Of a stretch of 44,890 nucleotides of DNA, positions 39,566 through 44,890 are shown one piece after another. Made by a program: the position numbers and the translations under genes. The notes under the pieces are model-generated. The model searched no databases. It had not been told where the DNA came from and saw nothing but the letters and a program-made list of their open reading frames with translations. Source of the stretch: a bacterium (GTDB taxonomy: Bacteria > Actinomycetota > UBA4738 > HRBIN12). Location of the stretch: contig JAHEXX010000002.1 in NCBI GenBank assembly GCA_023251895.1, positions 668 through 45,557 of the forward strand, read 5' to 3'. Each line of letters starts with the position of its first letter. Position 1 is the first letter of the stretch.

Positions 39566-40960
39566 CTACGCGGCGAGCTCCGCGCAGAACTCGCCGAAGG
39601 CGTCCGCGTACCGCCGGACGTCCTCCTCGGTGTGCTGCACCGAGACGGTCCACTGCTCCTCGTCGCCGGGGGTCAGGAAGAGACCTCGGTTGATCATCCA
39701 CGAGAACGACGCGTAGAAGAGCTCGGGGATGGTCTCCAGGAAGTCGCGGTAGTTCCTGAGCGGCTCCCTCCGGTAGGAGACGCATCCCTTCGCCCCGAGG
39801 TCCACGGTGTGGGCCGGGATGTCGTTCTCGTCGATGGCCCGCTGGCAGCCTTCGGCGAGGAGCGTGCCCATCTTGGCCAGCTCCTCGTAGGCGTCGCGGG
39901 TGAGCACCTCGGTAAGTGCGGCGTACCCGGCCGCCACCGACAGGGGGTTCCCGTTGAACGTACCCTGCTGGGCGGCGCCCTTCGTGACGTACTCCATGAT
40001 GCGGGCCTCGCCGCCGAACGCCCCGACCGTGGCGCCGCCGCCGACTGCCTTGGCGAAGGCCGCCAGGTGGGGCCGGACGCCGAACCGCTCGGTGGCCCCG
40101 CCGTAGGCGATCGTGCCGCCGCATTTCACCTCGTCGTAGATCAGCACGATGCCGTGCCGCTCGCAGGTGTCGCGGAGGGCCTGCAGGTAGCCGGGCTGCG
40201 GCACCACGATACCGATGTTCATCATGACCGGCTCCAGGATCACGGCGGCGATCTCGTCGCCGTGCTGCCGGGCAACATCTTCGAAGGCCTGCGCGTCGTT
40301 GAAGGGCACGATGATCGTGTCGTTCCACATCGAGCGAGGCACACCCTTCGAGGTCGGCTGGGTCGTGTAGGCCGTGCCCTCCGCGTCGGCGGACTCGCCG
40401 CTCACGTGGAACCGCGTGCCCAGCACGTCGGACTCGGGGACGACCGAGAACAGTACGCAGTCGTGGTGGCCGTGGTACGAGCCCTCCATCTTGACGATCC
40501 GATCCCGGCCGGTCGCCGCCCGAGCCACCCGGATCGCGTCCATCGTGGCCTCCGTGCCGGAGTTCACGAAACGCATCTGCTCCAGCTCGAACCGCTCGCA
40601 GATCGCCTCCGCCAGGGCCACGGTCGTCGGTGTAGTGACGGCGAAGTGGATGCCCTGGTCCGCGACCTTCCGGATGGCCTCCACGATCTTGGGGTGGGCG
40701 TGGCCGACGACGTTCACCCCGAAGCCTCCGTGGAAGTCGACGTACTCGGTGCCGTCTACATCCCATACCTTGGAGCCCTGCCCCCGCTGCAGGTACACGG
40801 GGTATGGGTCGCCCGCCTGGAAGTTCGAAGCCACACCCTTCGGCAGGCTCCTCACGGCCCGTTCGTGCAGCTCGGCCGAGCCCGGCGTCCTGTCGAGAAG
40901 TCGCTTGATCTCCAGTTCCGAGATCTCGTCGGCCTTGGCCTTCAAACGCTCTACGTCCAC
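39566..40960 (-). CDS. Class-III PLP-dependent aminotransferase, glutamate-1-semialdehyde 2,1-aminomutase-like
   Basis: GTG 40960 preceded by AGGAGG, inside track ORF 39566..41308. MRFVNSGTEATMDAIRVARA and the Lys-containing AAFAKAVGGGATVGAFGG motif resemble the HemL family. 464 aa. Confidence 0.85.
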   Translation of the reverse strand: MDVERLKAKADEISELEIKRLLDRTPGSAELHERAVRSLPKGVASNFQAGDPYPVYLQRGQGSKVWDVDGTEYVDFHGGFGVNVVGHAHPKIVEAIRKVADQGIHFAVTTPTTVALAEAICERFELEQMRFVNSGTEATMDAIRVARAATGRDRIVKMEGSYHGHHDCVLFSVVPESDVLGTRFHVSGESADAEGTAYTTQPTSKGVPRSMWNDTIIVPFNDAQAFEDVARQHGDEIAAVILEPVMMNIGIVVPQPGYLQALRDTCERHGIVLIYDEVKCGGTIAYGGATERFGVRPHLAAFAKAVGGGATVGAFGGEARIMEYVTKGAAQQGTFNGNPLSVAAGYAALTEVLTRDAYEELAKMGTLLAEGCQRAIDENDIPAHTVDLGAKGCVSYRREPLRNYRDFLETIPELFYASFSWMINRGLFLTPGDEEQWTVSVQHTEEDVRRYADAFGEFCAELAA

Positions 40961-41019
40961 TCCGTACCACCTCCTGGAATCGACCGACTGTACCCGGGCC
41001 GATTCAGACTCAGCAACGC

Positions 41020-41517
41020 CTATGGGCGGAAGTTGGTGAACTGCAAGGGGATCCCGACGTCGTGCTCCTTGACGGCTCCGATCACGGCCTGGAGATCGTC
41101 CTTCTTCTTCCCGCTGACGCGGATCTGGTCGCCCTGGACCTGGCTCTGGACCTTCGCGCCGGTGCCTTTGACCAGCTTGACGATCTCGCGGGCCTTCTCC
41201 TCCGAGATGCCGGTGGTCACGTGCACGCTCTGCCTGACCGTGCCCTTGGCGGCCGGCTGGACGGGTCCCTCGGACAGGGCCTTGACGGGAATCTCGCGGC
41301 GGACCCACTTCTCCTTCAGGACTTCCAGGGCGGCCTTGAGGCGGTCCTCGGTTGAGGACCGGATCTCGATGAGGTTCTCGTCCCGGCTGATGGAGGTTCC
41401 GGTGTTCTTGAAGTCGAAGCGCTGCAGGAGCTCCCGCTGGGTCTGGTCGACGGCGTTCGCCACCTGGGGCATCGACACCTCCGAGACGATGTCGAACGAG
41501 AAAGAGTCCTTGGCCAC
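41020..41517 (-). CDS. yajQ: YajQ family (UPF0234) nucleotide / cyclic-di-GMP-binding protein
   Basis: 165 aa. N-terminus SFDIVSEV...QVANAVDQTQRELLQRFDFK and C-terminus ...PLQFTNFR are characteristic of YajQ. Confidence 0.9.
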   Translation of the reverse strand: MAKDSFSFDIVSEVSMPQVANAVDQTQRELLQRFDFKNTGTSISRDENLIEIRSSTEDRLKAALEVLKEKWVRREIPVKALSEGPVQPAAKGTVRQSVHVTTGISEEKAREIVKLVKGTGAKVQSQVQGDQIRVSGKKKDDLQAVIGAVKEHDVGIPLQFTNFRP

Positions 41518-41552
41518 GGCATCATCTTACGGCTATCCTCGAAGGTGCTTCC

Positions 41553-41636
41553 GGGAGGGTGCCCGAGCGGCCAAAGGGAGCGGTCTGTAAAATCGCCGGC
41601 GAAGCCTACGGAGGTTCGAATCCTCCCCCTCCCACC
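41553..41636 (+). tRNA. tRNA-Tyr (anticodon GTA), long variable arm; only CC of the 3' CCA is encoded
   Basis: Hand-folded cloverleaf. Acceptor GGGAGGG/CCCTCCC. D arm CCC-GAGCGGCCAAA-GGG. Anticodon stem GCGGT/ATCGC with loop CTGTAAA. 13-nt variable arm with GGC-GAA-GCC stem. T arm GGAGG-TTCGAAT-CCTCC. Discriminator A at 41634. Confidence 0.9.
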
Positions 41637-41653
41637 TACCTACCTACTAACAG

Positions 41654-41730
41654 ACCCACCCACCTACCCTTCAACCACCGACCCACCCACCTACCCTCCA
41701 ACCACCGACCCACCCACCTACCCTCCAACC
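41654..41730 (+). repeat. 27-bp tandem repeat, about 2.9 copies (ACCCACCCACCTACCCTYCAACCACCG), within a 120-nt G-depleted tract
   Basis: Copies at 41654-41680, 41681-41707 and 41708-41730 (partial), differing at one position (T/C). Only 3 G in 41621-41740 by direct count. Confidence 0.85.
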
Positions 41731-41769
41731 AACCAATACTGACCGACTCACACGTGCCTCGGGCCATCC

Positions 41770-41975
41770 TTCGACGTCAGGTCCTCCCGCGAGCTTGGTA
41801 GTCACGCGTCGGATAGAGGGTGATCTCGCGCAACAGCTCGCCGTCCTCCTCAGCACCCGGATGTCCGGACCGGTTCGCTCACGAGCCTGGTGAGCAGCTC
41901 GAACTCGGTGGTGGGGGGTTCCACAAGGGGCTCGCCCTGCAGGACCTGACGCCTGGGGATGTCATCGTAGAATCC
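41770..41975 (-). pseudogene. Possible decayed fragment of an OmpR/PhoB-type winged-helix DNA-binding domain
   Basis: Minus-strand frame 41963..41850 reads DIPRRQVLQGEPLVEPPTTEFELLTRLVSEPVRTSGC*, resembling the L-T-P-T-E-F-x-L-L...P-G-R-V core. Continuation (ELLREI..., IRRVTTKLAGGPD) appears only after frame shifts. No receiver domain or start codon. Confidence 0.25.
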
Positions 41976-42093
41976 TCAGATGCGCGACGAAGATCACTGG
42001 GGCGGTTGTCGAAATCGGAACGGCCGTTCGTGGTAGGGATGTCGGCACGAGGTCGACACGCTGGTGCGGCCCCGGTCGCAAAGGAGAAGGACC

Positions 42094-42399
42094 ATGAGCA
42101 AGGTGACGGTGATGGGCACGTTCACATGCCAGGACGGCAAGGCCGAGGAGATGGAGGCGGTGCTTACCGCGATGGTCGAGGCCGCCAGCGGCGAATCCGG
42201 GGTTGAGATCTACTCGTACCACCGCGGTGAGGACAACACCTTCTGGTTCTTCGCGCTGATGGCCGACGAAGAGTCGATGAAGAACCACGGCCAGAGCGAG
42301 GCGATGCAGGCGGCCATGACTGGGTTCGGACCGCTGGTCGTGGGGCCGCCGCAGATGACGGTCACCACCCCGGTCGCCGCCATCGGCCTCGACCTCTGA
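42094..42399 (+). CDS. Antibiotic biosynthesis monooxygenase (ABM) domain protein
   Basis: ATG 42094 preceded by AAGGAGAAGG, inside track ORF 42064..42399. 101 aa ferredoxin-like pattern (...IYSYHRGEDNTFWFFALMADEESMKNHGQSEAM...). Confidence 0.65.
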   Translation: MSKVTVMGTFTCQDGKAEEMEAVLTAMVEAASGESGVEIYSYHRGEDNTFWFFALMADEESMKNHGQSEAMQAAMTGFGPLVVGPPQMTVTTPVAAIGLDL

Positions 42400-42428
42400 G
42401 GCCGCAGTACTTGGGCCAGGATCGCGAT

Positions 42429-42444
42429 CGCGTCGCCTGACGCG
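42429..42444 (+). terminator. Weak candidate hairpin CGCGTC-GCCT-GACGCG after the ABM gene
   Basis: 6-bp GC-rich stem with 4-nt loop, 30 nt after the stop, followed by GTTGG. No clear U-tract. Confidence 0.2.
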
Positions 42445-42482
42445 GTTGGCAGCGGCGTTACGTCCAGGAGGAGGGGCGGCCT

Positions 42483-43286
42483 ATGTCATACGCCAAGAAC
42501 GCGTTGGACGGGAGCCGGGTGTACTTCGAGGACGACGGGGGCGACGGCGCCCCGGTCGTCTTCGTCGGGGGGTTCCTCGATCCTGTCGAGTTGGTGCGGC
42601 GCTCGCCACTCGCCCAGGCGCTGCAAGCCGTGTCCGAGGAGTTCCGGCTCATCTTCGTCGACCACCGTGGTCACGGACGGAGCGGCAAGCCGCACGACGC
42701 GCAGGCGTACGCGATGCCGGTCAGGGTCGCGGATGCGGTGGCGGTCCTGGATGAGCTCGGTATCGACCGTGCGCATTTCATAGGCGTGTCCTGGGGTGGG
42801 CGGCTCGGCTTCGGGATCGGCGAACACGCTCCCGCGCGCGTGTGTTCACTCGTCATCGTGGGCCAGCAGCCGTACGCAATCGATCCGCAAGGCCCGCTGA
42901 CCCGCGTGGTGGGGGAGGCTCTCGCCGCGTCGCGAGAGGAGGGCATCGAGGCGCTCGTCCGTGCGTTCGAAGCCATCGCCGGCCGATACCCCGAGCACGT
43001 ACGAGAGGTGTATCTGGCGAACGATTCCGCGGCGATGCGGGCGGCGTGGGACGCGGCGCTGGCCGAGGGTGCCGTTGCGCGTGACCTCCGCACGTGGCGG
43101 ATCAGGTGTCTCATCTCCGTCGCGGCCGAGGACGTCGGCTTCTACGAACAGGCGCGGCGTGCGGCGGATGAGATCCCCAACGCGGAGTTCGTCTCGCTCG
43201 AAGGACTGAGCCACCTCGACGTGGATACGGCGGGAGTCGATCCCGTGCTCCCCGCAGTTCTCCGAACGTTGCGCGGAGTCAGCTGA
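42483..43286 (+). CDS. Alpha/beta-fold hydrolase
   Basis: ATG preceded by AGGAGGAGGGG. HRGHGRSGKP and nucleophile elbow GVSWGG. 267 aa. Confidence 0.85.
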   Translation: MSYAKNALDGSRVYFEDDGGDGAPVVFVGGFLDPVELVRRSPLAQALQAVSEEFRLIFVDHRGHGRSGKPHDAQAYAMPVRVADAVAVLDELGIDRAHFIGVSWGGRLGFGIGEHAPARVCSLVIVGQQPYAIDPQGPLTRVVGEALAASREEGIEALVRAFEAIAGRYPEHVREVYLANDSAAMRAAWDAALAEGAVARDLRTWRIRCLISVAAEDVGFYEQARRAADEIPNAEFVSLEGLSHLDVDTAGVDPVLPAVLRTLRGVS

Positions 43287-43633
43287 CGCGGGAGACCGAG
43301 CGAAGTGCTTCGGAGCTGCTTCGTCAAGAGCGATGACCGATCAACCGCAAGAGGAGTGGCGCCTGGAAGGCCACAGGGTGCCACCAGCCCGTTCCAGGGC
43401 ATCGGGCGGTCTCACCCATCCAGGGCGCGTGATCATGGTTTGAACGCCGAAGAGGGCCTCCGACCTGCTGTGGGTGGTACCCCTCTTAACCTGTGGGTGC
43501 TCGCCGAACACGACCCCATTCGCCCTGGTTAGGGAGTTCTGAGAACACCCCACTAGGGCCAGAGCGGACGCGGAGTGGGGTGGGACGCCAGCGGCGCTAG
43601 GCAACTCCTGCGGGACGTGGCACGATCTCGCAG

Positions 43634-44083
43634 GTGACCAGCAGACCCGCCACGGCGCAGCACCTGCGCGACCTCGCGCGGCTGCGCCGCGTCCGCGACC
43701 GGATCGACCGGGAGTACGCGCAGCCGCTGGACGTCGAGGCGCTCGCCCGCGGCGCGCACATGTCGGCCGGGCACCTCAGCCGCGAGTTCCGGCTCGCCTT
43801 CGGCGAGTCGCCGTACGGCTACCTGATGACGCGGCGCATCGAGCGCGCGATGGCGCTGCTGCGTCGTGGCGACCTCAGTGTCACCGAGGTCTGTTTCGCG
43901 GTCGGCTGCGCGTCGCTGGGCACCTTCAGCACTCGCTTCACCGAGCTGGTCGGGATGCCGCCCAGTGCTTACCGGCGCCACGAGGCGGGTGCGACGGCGG
44001 GGATGCCGCCGTGCGTGGCGAAACAGGTGACCAGACCGATCAGGAATCGAGAAGCGCCGATCCACGAGCCGCAGCTAGTGTGA
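43634..44083 (+). CDS. Short AraC/XylS-family HTH transcriptional regulator (DNA-binding domain only)
   Basis: 149 aa. LARGAHMSAGHLSREFRLAFGESPYGYLMTRRIERAMALLRRGDLSVTEVCFAVGCASLGTFSTRF is a typical double-HTH AraC domain. Confidence 0.85.
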   Translation: MTSRPATAQHLRDLARLRRVRDRIDREYAQPLDVEALARGAHMSAGHLSREFRLAFGESPYGYLMTRRIERAMALLRRGDLSVTEVCFAVGCASLGTFSTRFTELVGMPPSAYRRHEAGATAGMPPCVAKQVTRPIRNREAPIHEPQLV

Positions 44084-44087
44084 CGCC

Positions 44088-44498
44088 ATGGACATCACCA
44101 TCTACCAGGCCCTCCTCCCGCACGACGACCCGGACGCCTCCCTGGCCTTCTATCGCGACACCCTCGGCTTCGAGGTCCGCAACGACGTCGAATACGGCGG
44201 GATGCACTGGATCACGGTCGGCCCCGCCGACCAGCCCGGCACGTCCATCGTCCTGTACCCGCCGGCCGCCACCCCCGGCATCACCGACGACGAGCGCCGC
44301 ACCATCGCCGAGATGATGGCCAAGGGCACCTACGCCTCCATCAACCTGGCCACCGCCGACCTCGATGGCACCTTCGAGCGGCTGCAGGCCAGCGACGCCG
44401 AGGTCGTCCAGGAGCCGACCGAGCAGCCGTACGGGGTTCGCGACTGCGCCTTCCGCGATCCTGCTGGCAACCTGATCCGCATCCAGGAGCAGCGCTGA
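44088..44498 (+). CDS. VOC / glyoxalase-bleomycin resistance family protein
   Basis: 136 aa. SLAFYRDTLGFEV...QPYGVRDCAFRDPAGNLIRIQE pattern. Starts 4 nt after the AraC stop. Confidence 0.85.
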   Translation: MDITIYQALLPHDDPDASLAFYRDTLGFEVRNDVEYGGMHWITVGPADQPGTSIVLYPPAATPGITDDERRTIAEMMAKGTYASINLATADLDGTFERLQASDAEVVQEPTEQPYGVRDCAFRDPAGNLIRIQEQR

Positions 44499-44522
44499 GC
44501 CGTCCGGAGGAGGTGCTTCGCA

Positions 44523-44890
44523 ATGGCTGAGAGGAAACCCGCAAAGAAGGCCACGCAGGAGTCCGCTAAGAGCACCACGGCGATCAACAAGAAGTCCAAG
44601 GGATTCACGGACGAGGAACGAGCCGCGATGAAGGAGCGCGCCCAAGAGCTGAAGGGGGAAGCGCGCCGCGGCCCGCGGGCGGACAAGGCGGACGGGGAAA
44701 GCGCCGTGCTCGCGAAGATCGCCGAGATGCAGGGACCGGATCGCGCCATGGCCAAGCGGCTCCATGCCCTCATCAAAGCCAGCGCGCCAGCCCTCACCCC
44801 GAAAACCTGGTACGGGATGCCCGCGTATGCGAAGGACGGCAAGGTCGTCTGCTTCTTCCAAAGCGCTCAGAAGTTCAAATCTAGGTACGC
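44523..44890 (+). CDS. DUF1801 (YdhG-like) domain protein; 3' end outside the window
   Basis: Not in the ORF track because it runs off the end. ATG 44523 preceded by GGAGGAGG. My translation: [14 protein letters not shown]...[43 protein letters not shown], typical of DUF1801. Confidence 0.7.
   Translation, partial: MAERKPAKKATQESAKSTTAINKKSKGFTDEERAAMKERAQELKGEARRGPRADKADGESAVLAKIAEMQGPDRAMAKRLHALIKASAPALTPKTWYGMPAYAKDGKVVCFFQSAQKFKSRY

Noticed and set aside
41654-41730. Possible CRISPR array, considered because of short direct repeats.
   Set aside because: The repeats are directly adjacent with no spacers, number only about 3 copies, and no cas genes are nearby. This is a simple tandem repeat.
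41545-41801. ORFs 41545..41742 and 41559..41801 encoding PTYPP / RPTHLPSNH repeat peptides.
   Set aside because: They overlap the tRNA-Tyr gene. Their repetitive sequence simply reflects the 27-bp (9-codon) tandem DNA repeat. They have no RBS and no plausible start context.
41637-42093. Prophage or integrative element inserted at tRNA-Tyr.
   Set aside because: No integrase, excisionase or phage genes are present. No second copy of the tRNA 3' end (TTCGAATCC...) is visible downstream in the window. It is retained only as a low-interest variable-region hypothesis.
42424-42431. GCGATCGC (HIP1-like palindrome) within GATCGCGATCGC after the ABM gene.
   Set aside because: I noticed only a single occurrence, with no evidence of iteration in the window. 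It is most simply part of the local GC-rich hairpin region.

Overview
GC-rich bacterial chromosomal window (about two-thirds G+C by eye). Its gene content resembles a high-GC Gram-positive (Actinomycetota-like) aerobe, and it is almost entirely devoted to aerobic respiration. Left to right: (1) System II cytochrome c maturation genes ccdA(partial)-resB-resC. (2) A Bacillus-type caa3 cytochrome c oxidase operon ctaC-D-E-F-G, extended by a membrane-anchored tandem-cupredoxin gene and a TlpA/ResA-like thioredoxin. (3) On the minus strand, a fused heme A synthase/heme O synthase (CtaA-CtaB). It is divergently paired with a short-chain prenyl diphosphate synthase and a PNPOx-like gene. (4) A sigma70-like promoter plus a perfect Rex-type operator, followed by a roughly 25.8 kb uninterrupted plus-strand run: geranylgeranyl reductase, complete nuoA-N (14 genes), a long-chain polyprenyl synthase, and a second complex-I-like cluster nuoA2-B2-C2-H2-I2-J2-K2-L2-M2-N2. 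This second cluster has no D, E, F or G genes and is preceded by a second Rex-like site. (5) htpX, a GSA-like aminotransferase, yajQ and tRNA-Tyr(GTA). (6) Downstream of the tRNA: a G-depleted 27-bp tandem repeat, a decayed winged-helix gene fragment and a small accessory-looking set (ABM monooxygenase, alpha/beta hydrolase, AraC-VOC pair, partial DUF1801). Most interesting is the intact-looking D-less second nuo cluster, whose NuoI2 carries a roughly 135-aa tethered C-terminal module, together with Rex-type operators in front of both nuo clusters. No rRNA, CRISPR, transposase or integrase was seen. Many long alternative-frame and antisense ORFs in the track are GC-content artefacts. Starts were re-assigned by conserved N-termini, RBS and start/stop overlaps, and are the least certain part of each call.
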